A stretch of DNA of 64,000 nucleotides. Origin: Eledone cirrhosa (taxonomy: Eukaryota). Where the stretch lies: contig OZ024743.1 of assembly GCA_964016885.1 (NCBI GenBank), positions 43,276,001-43,340,000 of the forward strand, in the 5' to 3' direction. The position numbers were made by a program, and so were the translations under genes. A model generated the notes under the pieces. The model saw only the letters and a list, made by a program, of their open reading frames with translations, did not search any database and was not told the origin of the DNA. Of this stretch, positions 1 through 12,720 are shown one piece after another (the stretch's first letter is position 1; each line of letters begins with the position of its first letter).

Positions 1-1134
1 TGCACCTCACTCTCAATGATCATCTCCACACATTTTTCCACAGCAAAATCAATGTTAATGGGTGGGTACAGTGATACCACATCCATACTGCCTATTATGC
101 AGTTGGATAGGTTCCTGTTTTTGTTGCACTCTCTGATTCTGCTGAGGAGGTCCTCTGTACTGTCACATACATCTGGGGTCATCTTGATTATGGGGTGTAT
201 AACCATTGAGAGGAAGTAGATCCTGTTGTTGCTAGCTATATTTGCTCCGCATTCAGGTCTTGTTGATGGTCTTGTTGTCGGGTCATCGACTGTCTTGTGA
301 TCTCTGCGGACCCATACAAGGAGGGTATGCCATTATTAGACGACTGGAATTTGTTGGCCGTGCATCTGCATGGCTTTAGGATGTCGGTCCACATCATCAT
401 GTGAGCGTTGAGGATTTTCTCTCTTCCATCATGTCTATTGACATCCTACCAGACTTATCCGTGGGTAGACATACTAGCTCACCATCCCTTGTGCGCTGCT
501 TGAGGCTGACCAAGCCTTCTACATGTTTCCTCCCATGTGGTTGGACTTCTGGTCTGCTCTGTCTCTTAATATACCGGTCTACTATTTGTCTAATCTTATT
601 TCTAGCTATGGTGAACTGTGCCTCTGTCTTGGCATCTATTTGTTGTGGTATGCAAACCCTTTTATTAAAGGGTAACCTTGTAGGATAGATATTACCCATC
701 TTATATGTTTTGTCAGCTGGGTTGAAGAAGAGTTTCTCTAAGGGGTTGTCATTATATCTATCGTCGTAGTTGTGTGGGTTGCTAATATTGTTATTATGGT
801 GGTTGTTGCTGTTCCTATCATTAGCATTATTATTATTGTTATGATTGCTAGATATATTGTTGCTGTGATTGTTATATGTATTGTTGTTGTTTTCTCCACA
901 GTTATTGTTGTTGTTACTGTTATTTCTACCGTTGTGGTTGTTACTTTTATGGTTCTTGTTTGTGTTGTTGTTGTGTCTATCATTAATATTGCTACATATA
1001 TTATTTCTATTATTACCACTGTGGTTGTTGTTGTTGTTATTCGTAGTGTTACCGTTATTACTTATGTGGTCGCTGCTGCTATGTCTGTCGTTAATGTTTC
1101 TATTATTACCACTGCAGTTCTCTGCTACAACCAA
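1..1134 (-). mobile_element. Penelope-like element, N-terminal region and RT (degenerate, runs off the window start)
   Basis: ORF 397..1134 has an Asn-rich leader then GLVSLKQRTRDGELVCLPTDKSGRM, typical of the PLE pre-RT region. Manual minus-strand translation of 1-300 gives HPII..TPDVCDSTEDLL...IGSMDVVSLYPPI (PLE RT motif DVxSLYP). Confidence 0.8.
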
Positions 1135-2190
1135 AGAGATAGAATCAGAGTATACGAAGGAGCCACGGAGAAGTATAAGACCCTCATAGAACTGGACATG
1201 AAAGGAATTTGCCCATTATACAGGAGCAAATCATGGAATAGCTTAGATAGGACTAGACATAAGTTAGGGAAAGCCACCTCATGGTACGACAACCAGAGAT
1301 ACCAGAGTGTCATGTTTGTGGACGCTACCCCTGCATGGAAATTAGCTAACCAATGTAGAAAGGCCCTGAGAAAGACTCACTTAAAGATTAAGGTGGTAGA
1401 AAAGCCAGGAACCACCATAAAATCCCTGATCAGCCAAACCTACCCTTTTAAGAAAACCCACTGTACTAATAGGAAATTTATCATTTATCAGATAAACTGT
1501 AAAACTAGAAACGTAGTCTATAGCATAAGATGTACAGACGGTACTTGCAGAAACATGACAACAGCATACATAGGCGAGACGGCTTGTAGCATAGGTGAAA
1601 GGATAGACCAACACTGGGGGGAACAACAACCTGACCTAAGAGAAGTATAAATAAATAAATAAATAAATACATACACAAGCACAATAACAACAAACAAATA
1701 TAAACACACACTAGTAAACTAAGGTAGAATACAATAACCAATACACAGTCACCCAAACACGAACACACATCAAACAAAAGACTATACACACACGCAAACG
1801 CATGCGCAGAGAAGACAAAAATAAACAAATAAATAAATAAATAAACAGAGTAAATAAAGATGGCGTAAGCATACAATGCAACGGGAGGAAACATAATAGC
1901 ACCACTGACTATGTTGCAGATGTGCAACGAAAGAACTTTGTTAGACTATATAATTGTTTGTGTCTATATTATAACTGTTTGTTTGACCGTTGGTCAGTCA
2001 ATGGCAACATTGAGGACCGAATAAATTAAATTAACCGATATAAAAGACACAAAAATGAAAACCAACAAAACAGTGACTTTGTTCTGTTATTAATTCTGGC
2101 AATATTATTACACAAATATGACCCTCCTCATGTATAACAATATTTATTTCGACACAAGATTTCATATAAAAAACCTCGCAAAACTCACAT
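1125..2190 (+). mobile_element. Penelope-like element 3' part: GIY-YIG endonuclease plus 3' UTR, inverted relative to the RT piece
   Basis: ORF 772..1650 C-terminus CPLYRSKSW...VMFVDATP...KVVEKPG...CKTRNVVYSIRC...YIGET..SIGERIDQH matches the PLE linker and GIY-YIG domain. The 3' limit is approximate. Confidence 0.8.
1896..1949 (+). ncRNA. degenerate minimal hammerhead-ribozyme-like motif in PLE 3' UTR
   Basis: CTGACTA(T)-GTTGCA gatg TGCAAC-GAAA: perfect stem II, but G8 is replaced by T and stem I is poor. Confidence 0.4.
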
Positions 2191-2471
2191 ATATATAGAG
2201 AGAGAGTTAGATCGATAGATAGATAGATATATTTCTATTTATTGCCACGAGGGCACAATCGAAGGGGACAAGTACAAGGAGGGGGGGGGGGAGTTTACAC
2301 AAAGAGGCAAGTAAAGAAAACAAATAACAAATATAAAACAAAAAAAAATAAATATAAAATTAACAATAAAGTCATTAATAGGGAGGACGCACACACCCTA
2401 AAAAACAGTATGCAACACTTCTCCTCAGGAGCACAGAGAGAGGGTGCTCCCTCGTTCCTTCATCTTTCCAC

Positions 2472-5400
2472 CTACAGGCTGATGTAGAGAGAAGGCCCAT
2501 TCACACCGGCCATTCTCTCCACTTTCACCCACCTTTCATAAAAACGACTGGGGTGGAGCACCTCTCTCTCCATCCTGATCCTTCTTCCGAAATGATATCG
2601 GAAGAAACGGAGCAGTTGTTGGCCAGAGAGAAGGGTGCCTGACCTCAATCCTTTTAGACGCGTCCACCATACAACCTCTTTGACCATGGCTATTACGCAC
2701 AGAAACACCACCTCTCCTTGAATTTTGAAGGGGAGAGGCGACTTAATCGTTACAATGGCCTCAGTGGTCAACCGGATCGGTCCCACCCGTGACAGCAGTC
2801 GTTCGACATAGCCCTACAGATCGGCTTCGCCCGAACAGTGTACCATTGCGTGTGCAACGGTTTCCTCTTCGCACACGCATCTGGGACAGATCTTTTTGGC
2901 GGAGTCCCTACCCGGGCACACGTGTCTAGAACTTTTCTCGAACGGGTAGAGCCCCTCGGTATTACTGCCAGGCCAGGGACTTCTGGAAGTTGTCCATAGG
3001 TCCCGGGCTGAATGTCCTTCCGAACAGGCTGGCCAGTTCATCTTCCTCCATGTCTAGGGCTTCTCCGAGGGCGTCGTCGCACCTGTTGCGTACCAGCCCT
3101 CTATATAGAATGTCGAGGTGGATCTCCACTGATAATCGGGTCTGCCTGCCAGAGGGCCGTCAGCGCCTTGGCACACTCAGTGTGCCAGGCGCCAAGTGTT
3201 CTCGGTCTTTGCTTGACCCAGGATTGCAACTCGGTGAGTGAGACGAGTCTGGGAAAGGTTCGTCTCACAAACGGGGCCTACACCGGTTGACCGGTGAGTA
3301 ATACTTGGAGGTGCCGTAGCCTTAATGCGTGTTTACGCATCATTAGCCACGGCATCCCCAGCCCTCATTTCGAAGGGTGTTGACAGCAGATGGATCTCCT
3401 CACCAAAGGATCCCGCTTCTTCCAAAGGAATTGGAAGAGTTTGCGCTCCATCTTGGCGAGGGTTTCCCTTGGGTAAGGCACGACGGTCAGTCGGTAGTAG
3501 ATGACGGACTCTATATAGGTATTCGCCACCTTCGCCCGACCTTTCAGGGATAGTTCGCAACTGGCCTACTTCTGGGTCAGAGCAAACACCCTGTTCGTAA
3601 CCTCACCCCAGCTCTTGCTACCTGGAGGTCTGGTCCGAACCAGACACCGAGCAACTTCACCGGGCCCTCCGTCCAGCGTCCGACGACGCCATCGGAGGGC
3701 ATCGGTTTGCTCCTCCTCGTGCCGAGTTACAAACCTATTGACTTGTCCTGGTTCAGATTAGCCCCATAAACCTTTCGTACTACTCCAGTAAGGTGCCGAT
3801 CATCCCGATTTCGGAGGCCGTCGACACCATTACTGTCATGTCATCGGCGTAGGCCGACACGGCTTTCCGCTATCCCGGTTCCAAAGGGATGCCCTGCAAC
3901 AACTCCAACTTCCGCAGTAGTGGCTCGAGAGACAATACATACAGAAGGAAGGAGAGAGGGCACCCTTGTCGGATGGAACGCGCGATTTCGAACGGCTCAG
4001 AGAGGTAGCCATTCACCTTGACTCTAGAGCAGATGCGGCTGCTGAGCATAACTTCGATCCAGCCCCTGAAAACGGGTCCGAAGCCTGCCGCCGCTAGCAC
4101 CGCATCCAGGTAGCCATGGTCGACCCTATCGAACGCCTTAGATTGATCCAAGTTGATCAGGGCCCCACGAACGCAGCGTTCGATCCCAACCCTCTCTATG
4201 ATGTATCGCATGAGGTTGGGTTGTCATGGATGGACCTGGATTGGATAGCACATGTCTGCGCATCTCCCACCAGGTTGCCCACGACAAGCGCCAACGTCTT
4301 TGCTAACACCTTGGCCAAAACCTGTAACTCTATATTTAGCAGAGTTATGGGCCTGAAGTTACTTATTTCGTACCCTTGTTCTTGTCCTTCCTCACTAGCT
4401 GACTACGCCCTTGGTCACAGAGCAGGGAATTCTCCCGTTCTGTTGCCAGTTGCAGTAGACCGCCTCGAGGAGATCGGGGAACAAGTCCGGCATAGCTAGA
4501 TATAGTTCGTATGGAAGACCATCGAGACCCGGGGATTTGCATTTGCCGCTTTCGCTCAGCACGTCCTCTATCTCAGCGGCTGAAATCGGCTACACGCAAG
4601 ACTCCGCCTCCTCGCCCGAAAGACGCGGCAGGCCGTCGAGGTATGGACCGAAGTCCACTTCCCCAACCGACTGCCCGCCCCTTCCGAACAATCGGGCAAA
4701 GTGCCTTTGAAAGGCCTCACACATCTGCTTAGGTTCAAGGACCGCCCGTCCATCCTGGTCTCGCAAAGGCCGGATGGTGGATTTAATTCCACTCTTGACT
4801 TCTGTCACGCGGGCCCAGCTAACAGCTTTGGTCCCCTCGTTTCCTAGAGCACGTATTTTACTTCGGACAACGCAGCCTTCGTGCTTCGCGTCGAAAAACT
4901 GGCTCAAAGCCGTTCTCGACGCTAGCACTCTGTCCACGTCGCCGCTTCTAATTGCCTCTTCTACTCTATCTATCAGCTCCCTTTCCTTCCTATTCCTATC
5001 CGCGGCTAGAACCTTACTAAATACTATCGAGACAAATCTAATCTCTCTCTTTAGAGATACCCTCTACCTGCTGTTGACGATCGCTCCAGTCAACCGCTCC
5101 TTAACTAACGTACTAATCTGGTCCCTGTTAGATTTACTTGCCTGGAAGGATAAGTTCAGCTTCCAGTAACCGGGACCCTGTCTATGCGTTCTATCAAGGT
5201 TGACCATGCAGGTCACTAACTTGTGGTCTCAATAGCCAACCATGAGCATTTCTGGACAACTTAAAAAGTCCTTGTCCTTATTTCTAACTAAGAACATATC
5301 TAGGTACGATCTAGATTGACCACTGCAGTTTGTCCAATACTTGGTTGGCACAGTCAGAAAATATAGTCGAAATATATCGGCCAGGTCAAATAAGCCGAGT

Positions 5401-5904
5401 AACTCCTTGAGGCTGTTACACCCCTCTCTATTGGGACATGCTCCTGCATAGTCCCAACGTGCATCCAGGATATCATTCCAGTCACATACTAAAAGCAGGG
5501 AACGTGACGTCCCTAGAAAAGACTCCAGACGTTGGAAGAAATCGGGCCGCTCTGTCACAAAAAGGGCATATGCGGCTAACAGCATAAAGGCTCCACCTTC
5601 ACCACTGCCAAGATACAGCACCACCAGTCGACCCCCTTGGGCCAAGTGAACTATCTGTGTGGCGAGAACCAGATGTTTTTGCAGCAGAACGACACCCACA
5701 CCCCCACCTCCGGGCTGGCAGAGAGATGCGTGCACCTCAAAGTCATCAAAGATGGGAGGCTAGCTGTCTTACGCTGTTGATTCGGGCCTCGCAGATAACC
5801 ATCATATTTATAGATCGTGACCTGAGGTCATTTAGAAGCATTGCTTTCTTCCAAGGTGAGCCCAGGCCACGCGCATTTAGACACCCTACTCTCAACACAG
5901 CCAT
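2472..5904 (-). pseudogene. Tx1 ORF2 (APE-RT-zinc finger), multiple frameshifts and stops
   Basis: ORF fragments 5746..5928, 5229..5735, 4590..4937, 3870..4211 and 2472..2786 align in order with the 1068-aa ORF2 at 32723..35929. Confidence 0.9.
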
Positions 5905-5928
5905 GTTGGTGGTAAGGAGAAAAGGCAC

Positions 5929-7699
5929 TTACCTCACTGCGTCCCGGGGAGCGGGCCGCTCAATTTCCATGAGGATGGGGGATGGGTTGCTGGGTGGGGT
6001 GGTGGTTTGTGGAAGTGCTGGGACATTAGTGTGTTGTGGGGTTGGGGTGTTTGTTGTTGAGTGGGTGTCTGGGTAGGGGGTGGGGATATTTTTTAGGAGG
6101 ACGCGGTTGATTGACTTGGTACATCGGGTCCTCCGTGAAATTTATTTTCAATGTTTTAAATAAGTTCATTGGGACTTTAATCATTTTTAAATGAGGTAGC
6201 CCCACGGCAGTTAGAAAGTTAGGCCCTTCAGTTTGGACCCTAGGGTTTGATGAAATTGTGTTCATTAGTTCGTTGTTGTTTGTGTTGATGTATGTATATT
6301 GTAAAGTCTTTTTTTGCGTTACAGTTTGTATTGTGTGAAGAGGAGGGGTGGTTTGTATATAATTTGTTTTCTCTTGGGGAGGGTTTATGTTAATAAGTGT
6401 GTCTGTGGTGCGCCTCATCTTCTTTCTTTTTACTATTTGGAAGGGATCTGTTTCGTCTTGCGAGGAAATGGGTTCGTCTTCCTTGTTGGATGGGAGGGGT
6501 ATATTTTCTGGTAGTGTTTGCGGTGTGTGTGTTTTTGTATTTGTTTTGCATGGGTAGGGTTGGGTGGGACAGTGTTCTGTGTTGTTTTTTCACGTTTGTT
6601 GTTGTTGTGGTGGTGGTGTTGTTGGTTTTTGTTGTTGTAGTTGTGGTTGTTTTTGTTGTTGTTGTTGGGGTAGTGGTGATGTTGGTTGTTTTTGATGTTT
6701 TTAGGGTGTTGGTAATAATGTTTTTTTCGGTGTAAGCTGGGGACAGGCAGCCATCAGGTGACCACTGTCGCCACATAGGTAACAGGAGGGACGCCTACCC
6801 TTCACATTAATGTTGAGGTGGGTACGGTCATCCAGCATGACGCCTTCAGGGATTTAGGCGATACGTTCTGGCCTTATTTGGGTCAGAACTTCAATGCTCG
6901 TTCCACTGAACGCTTCCACGTTGAGGAAACCAGTTAGTAACCACCAGTAGTCTATGTTTGGGGTGATAGTGCTTATCCAAATTCTTTGCTTTTTTTTACC
7001 CATGTAGGTTTGAAAAAAGGTGTAATGCGTGGAACGAATTGCCGACACAGAGTATCTTTTCGCCGCCAAATCATCTTTCATCAATATGGATAAAGTCCCA
7101 TAAAGTTTATCCTTTTGTATGAAAATTATAGCTTTCATAGCCTCTTTCAGGACCAACTGAATTTCAGCTTGAGACGGGTGTGTTGGTTTTCTTGTTTTGT
7201 TGACAATTGTACGGAATACACCCGTTCGTAATTCCGTCTGTTTTATAGTCCTGGGGGCGAATTGATGGAAAAAGATCCATTTTCGCCATTTTTTTTTGGC
7301 TTTTTCAAGCATTTCCTTAGCATTTGTTATATCCTCAAGCACATAGGTGACTGATTTTTTAGCAGTCTGTGCAAAGGATATTTTGTTTACGTCGTTGGTG
7401 TTTGAGTTGTTCTGTTTCTCGTTGTTCTGTTTCTCGTAGTTTGAGTTATTTTCATTTTTGTTGTTGTCTTTCTCATTGGGTGTGTTGGTTTTCTTATTGT
7501 TAGTGTTTCCGTTGTAATTAATTGGTATTGCACCCGTATTTACTTGTTTGTCCGGCATATCGCCTTTTACACTGTCTTTTAAAACGTTGACGCGGGAAAG
7601 CAAAGCGCTTTGTACCGCTTGCTTCTTTCTTTCTTCTTTCTTAGTGAGCGTGGCGTTTTCCTTCATTCGGGCTACAGACATGGCGTCAATTTTTGACAT
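5929..7699 (-). pseudogene. Tx1 ORF1 (gag-like), frameshifted
   Basis: ORF pieces 6854..7765, 6390..6776 and 6026..6418 are homologous to ORF1 at 35963..37870 (Asn-rich N-terminus, SFA motif, YGTLSIL, YMGKK, WWLL). The last frame ends ...MEIERPAPRDAVR*. Confidence 0.8.
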
Positions 7700-7893
7700 G
7701 TGAGTCAGCAAAACATTTTTAGGAGTAGTTTTTACCCCCAAACGGGGTAAAAATAAGATGACCACCCGTTTACAGATCTAGCCGAGTGGTCAAAGGACAC
7801 AAAGCAACACAATAAAGAAACGAGCACTTACTGTCAATAGGTAAACATTCAAAAAGGCAGGCGCCGGTGTTGTACGCGTCTATACTATGCGAG

Positions 7894-7894
<1 letters not shown>

Positions 7895-7973
<79 letters not shown>

Positions 7974-8373
7974 CTATAATACGAAGAGGGTGTTTAACTC
8001 CAACACGCTCCAGTATTTTAATCCTTATATATATAGATAGATAGATAGATAGATAGATATGTATGTATGCATTTAGGTATGTATACATGTATATCTCCGT
8101 GTAAGTATGTATGTGTGGGCATAATCTCTATTTGCAGAGGTATGTATGCGAGTAACCGTTGTTATCCTTGTATGTGCGGAACTGTATTTTGCAAATCATA
8201 TATGTACACATACGGTTGTATTATTACACGGAGTGAATGCATATATTACAAGCTAAACATCTAGATTGCTTTGCAATAGCGCTGTACCCTTCAAGAACTG
8301 TAATTAAGATTTCATATACATATATATATATACATATTATCCACACATGCATATGCATACAGAAACACACAGA

Positions 8374-8410
<37 letters not shown>

Positions 8411-8422
8411 GTATATATATAC

Positions 8423-8506
<84 letters not shown>

Positions 8507-8610
8507 GTGTGTGTATGTGTGTGTCTGTGTGTGTGTAATATATATATATGTGTATCTGTGTGGGTGTGGGGACGTATAAGTGTGTGTGGATGCGCGTGTG
8601 TATATATTAA
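7895..8610. repeat. (TA)n, (GATA)n and (CA)n microsatellite cluster
   Basis: Directly visible. Similar clusters lie at about 17560-17690, 18320-18720, 19130-19310, 24810-25040, 49750-49880 and 52445-52710. Confidence 0.95.
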
Positions 8611-9259
8611 ATGTGTAACTCAGTAAATTATTGCTACTCAATTACTGCTGGAAACAAAATATAAGTACGTATTGAATTCATTTCATTATACGTTATATAG
8701 CACACGGATTGTATATCATCTATTTTGGATGGCTGATTGAAATCAAATTGTTTATAGAGAAATATGGTTTATTTAGAAATTGAAGAGGAAATGTGGGAAA
8801 GTGGATACATTGGAAATATAAGAACAATATGCCTTATTATTCAATGAAACTGCAGATAATAAAAATAATTTTTAATATTTGTTACGATATTGTGTTTTAT
8901 AATGATGCATTGTTTTAGTGTATTAAAACAAGCCGAAAACGTTGTTATATATATATAATTATATTGCTTTGCAAATACTTGGGCAATTACATTTACATAT
9001 ATTCTGGTTGATATGAGAAGCATATTATAATTGTTTAATTGTTATAGTTTGAATTTGAAGATTTGTTAATTAATGAGGGATATGGAATGTACTGTTTTTC
9101 ATTAATAAATGTTTGATACTTTTGATTTAACAGGACATTTGGAACATAATTTTGGTATTGGTTGTTTTAATTCAAGCAGCATATCAGAATACACCGCAAG
9201 TCTGAGAGATTATGAATTATCAAAATTATATTACGTTTCAATTATATCTTTCCTCTCAG

Positions 9260-9296
9260 GTTGCTTCTGCTAAGTAATTAATTATTATAAATGCAG
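9260..9296 (+). other. candidate host-gene exon (5' UTR plus ATG CAG)
   Basis: Acceptor atctttcctctcag|G and donor ATGCAG|GTAAGT. All three frames carry stops before the ATG at 9291, which fits a start-codon exon. Confidence 0.45.
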
Positions 9297-9570
9297 GTAA
9301 GTTTGAAAATTAGAAGATAATAGAGAATCATAAATATAACTTATTAAATTCTTAATAAAGGTCTTGGAGAAATTTCATAACACATAAAGAAATTGAAATT
9401 TACTTCATACTTTATTGCAAATATGTATGAATATTTATCAAATATATTTGACATCATTGAGACAAACCAGAAATGGGGTTACGAAATCTGAATTTTCAAA
9501 AGTGTATATTGACGTAAATGTGGAAACCGTTGGTGGTTCGGGGTTAAATGTTTCGTTATAATAATAATTG

Positions 9571-9742
9571 TTTCTACTTTTTGGCACAAAGCCAGCAATT
9601 ACCAGTACATTACTGGTACATTATTTTATCGACCCCATAAGGCAAAGTTAGCCTCGCGGGATTTGTACTCAGAATGGCAAGGTCCATAATTCTATGCTGC
9701 AAATCGTGGTGTTCGAACTTCTACCGATACTGCCAATCCATA
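9571..9742 (-). mobile_element. tRNA-derived SINE with conserved central domain (gcctttcatcc..ggggtcgataaaataaagtaccag)
   Basis: Same family at about 14185-14280 (+), 19455-19636 (-), 19666-19850 (+), 28665-28850 (-), 53800-53960 (-) and a partial copy near 62330-62400. Several copies have a box A/B-like head (e.g. gagttcaaat). Confidence 0.8.
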
Positions 9743-10156
9743 ATAATAATAAGACATTGTGTGAGATAAACCTCCAGAAATAATTTGAAAAATCTGCCAT
9801 TTAATCCATCAATATAACCGACCACGCCTGAATACTTAGAATGGATATTAACGTCATATTCTTAATCCAAATAAAATTGTAATAGTCAAGTAAAGATCTT
9901 CTAGTATGGCAGATAATGTCAATCACAATGGCATATTTATGGGTGTGGTTGATATTTCTTTGGTTTGTATGGTTGTGCGTATTGGATCTCCGATTAAATT
10001 AAGTATATTAATGTTGTATAACAGACTTGAAGCAATGGCCGTTTACTGATCTTCACTTCTATCCGATTTCTCTGATAATGGGATGAGGTGAACTAACCCT
10101 AATATGGAATGATTACGTCGGATATATTATTTATTACATGCGTACATCATCAACAT

Positions 10157-10630
10157 CAGTCCCTTGACTTCTGTAGTCGTCGGGGGATCCTACTGCAGAA
10201 TGACCACACACTCAAAATAGTCTATCCATGGCGGGTAACAACACATGTGATGTCGTAATTTGCGTCCATTCTTTGAAATTGACCAACCAGCTTTTGAGTT
10301 TTTGAGTGTCCACTTTCAACGGTGCCTTGCATCCTGGTCTTGCACAGGCTGTCATGTCGTGTGACGTAGACAAACCACGACAGTTTGCTCATCTCGAGAC
10401 TGGTGAGGAGGAGTTCCTGGTGACCAACAAAACTGTTAACCTTACTCCACAGGTAATCAATTATTTTATATTCCCAATAGATAACCACGTACAACATTAC
10501 GTCAATCACAAGAATTTTGATGTTTTCATATAACTTGGATATAATCCGAATCTAACCTTTGGAAAAAACCTGGTAGGCTTACATGGTGGCACATATCATC
10601 TTTGGTTTGTTACTTATTCGGGTCACTTAG
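10157..10630 (-). mobile_element. RTE-type LINE 3' fragment
   Basis: KLSWFVYVTRHDSLCKTRMQGTVESG resembles the RTE C-terminus (WFGHVTRHDSLSKTILQGTVEG). Limits approximate. Confidence 0.7.
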
Positions 10631-10850
10631 CAACTAATTAATCATACACATTAATTTTTATATATACACATTACTTCATCTTTCGTTTCGTAGATAACCA
10701 CAGGAAAATAAAAAAAGAATCATTTAAAAAATACAGAAAAGCAGGTGTTATTGGAAGGTCCATCCCACAGTGATGTTAACGTGTAAACAAAAGTTTTCAG
10801 AAATGTGAGAAAGAAAAAAAGCATATTTTCCCTTTCATTGATATACGTTA

Positions 10851-11442
10851 CTAGCTGAGGTACCCAGCTTAACCAGGGTTAACAAATGATAAGAGAAGAC
10901 CGACAGAAGAGAAAACGCCTGTATTGAATGCATTGTCTTGTTTCCAGTGTGTGTGTATTGTGTGTGTGTATGGTTGTGTGTGTTTGTGTATATATGTGTG
11001 TGTGGGTGTTCGTGCGTGTGCGTGTGTGTGTATATATATATATATATATGTGTGATGTGTGTGTATTAGGCATATATATATATGTGTATCTGTGTGTGCA
11101 TGTGTGAGTGTTCGTGTGAATGTGTGTGTATGTGTGTGTCTGTGTGTGTGTGTGCGTAAACCACCGTTGGAATCGGAGACATAGGCCGCGAAACAAGATC
11201 ATCACTGACAACGAACTCGAGAGAGATTCCCTTATGGTTGATTCCCAGTCTGCTAGAAATAGCAGTCAGGTTAGTTAGCATACGTGGTATGTCTTTCTTC
11301 TTCTTTGGTGTTATACAATTAGTATCAATAAACATTCCTGGATATACTGTCATCCCAATCTTGTACATAGTTTCCGATTGTCACTTCGTTTTTTTCGTAT
11401 GATACGCGAAGGGACCAACCAACAAACATCTCTCTTTTATAT
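10851..11442 (-). mobile_element. non-autonomous Helitron-like element
   Basis: Minus-strand 3' end is a CCC..GGG hairpin (ccctggttaagctggg) followed by CTAG|T at 10851. The 5' region reads atataaaagagagatgtttgttggttgg; there is an internal (CA)n. Confidence 0.5.
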
Positions 11443-11829
11443 CTCTTTTATTTGTTCATTCAAAATATGTTTCAGCTAATTCTGTCGTACAATATACATC
11501 AGCAATCGTTATCTAATGTTTAAAACGTATGGATAGCTGTGATATATGTACGATATCAATCAAAATCGATATGAGAATTGAATACCATACTTAAGCGCCA
11601 GTAATCTTGCTAAGAACCTGCAGATAGAAATGTTAATAAATACAACATTTGGCTTGGGTAAACTCTAAGATGTTCTTTCATTGTAGGTTTCCTTTCTCAG
11701 CCAGTACGTTAAAGAAAATTGATAGTTACAACAATAAATGTTGAACAGAGAACAACATGTTTAACAAACTTTACAATAATGTGTACACCCATAATGGAAA
11801 TTCCAAGTAACAGAAAATACATAAATAAC

Positions 11830-12015
11830 ATTCTTAGAGCCTCAGAATATACAATATTTTTTGTCGGCTCTCGGGAGCAAAGATGAAGAGATTGTTTGGC
11901 GAGCTCACCCCAGAGCATCCTACATACATTTGACGATGTTTTTCCCAGATGAAGGCCAGCCACATTTAGGGTTTGACCTTGAGCTTTGTTAATGGTAATC
12001 GCGAAGCTTAGTCTC
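11830..12015 (-). pseudogene. Helitron PIF1-family helicase C-terminal fragment
   Basis: Manual translation RLSFAITINKAQGQTLNVAGLHLG...QMYVGCSGVSSPNNLFIFAP...TKNIVYSEAL matches PIF1 helicase motifs V-VI of Helitrons. Confidence 0.8.
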
Positions 12016-12065
12016 TCTGTTGCTCTAGTAACATTTATTTCTTCTGCAAAATCTGATATCGTGGC

Positions 12066-12270
12066 CAGGCTAGGACTTTGGGTGGCATATCGGCAGTAAC
12101 AATGAGGATAAGCCGTTTGTGTGCTTTCGTGAAATAAATACGTTTGTTATAACATTTTTTCTTCTGGAAAATTTGATCCTGCGGTCAGGCTAGGACTTTT
12201 GAGTGGCATATCGGCAGTAACAATGACGATAAGCCGTCTGTGCTTTCGTGAAATGAATACGTTTGTTTAT
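12066..12270. repeat. two-copy tandem repeat, about 120-bp period
   Basis: aggctaggactttg..ggcatatcggcagtaacaatga..tacgtttgtt occurs at about 12067 and 12187. Confidence 0.9.
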
Positions 12271-12336
12271 ACTTTGTTTTTGCGAATGCAAAAACATTTG
12301 CACACGAATATATAATTATATATATATATATATATA

Positions 12337-12500
12337 TTAAAATAACAGATTAAAGTTTAAGCAAAGAATTGCTGCGTTCACGCTTAACGGGATCTTCTGA
12401 AGCTAAACAAAATCAATCTATGAACGCAGAAGTAAATATTTCGAAAAACGTTGCAACTGAAAGAAAACAGGAAGATGATACTTTGGTTCGTGAAGACGTT
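12337..12500 (-). mobile_element. isolated PLE 3'-end fragment (paralog of about 23775-23946)
   Basis: Its reverse complement matches 23775-23946, including the CAGAAGA hammerhead-like motif and the (TA)n tail. Confidence 0.75.
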
Positions 12501-12509
12501 AGGTATGTT

Positions 12510-12720
12510 GTATAACCGGAAGTGTTGACATTTGAAAATTTTAAAGAAGTGAATATTTAAATAATGTCGTTAATCTTTTAACAAAATTCATTAGACAAAA
12601 ATACCCTCACTTTCTTACTTGGAAAAAGTTACATCTATGGTGCAAATTTGGTGCCGTTTGTTCCAGCCGCTTGGCGGAAAGGTTGTTACTTACATACAGC
12701 CGTAAGCTTTACAATATAGA
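12510..12720 (-). mobile_element. Helitron-like 5' segment
   Basis: The minus strand begins TCTATATTG at 12720. It shares aaccggaagt..gacatttgaa..aagaagtgaatatttaaataa with 14079-14130, which lies in an element with a hairpin+CTAG 3' end at about 13808. Confidence 0.45.

Larger units (their letters stand above)
2231..7890 (-). mobile_element. L1/Tx1-clade non-LTR retrotransposon, copy T1 (near full length, degraded)
   Basis: ORF1 fragments, then APE endonuclease (LRVGCLNARGL, DWNDIL, SYLD), RT (LDQSKAFDRVDH, RQGCPLS) and a C-terminal Cys motif (CPRC..ETVAHAMVHC). AATAAA lies near the 3' end; flanks are (TA)n/(GATA)n. Confidence 0.93.
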
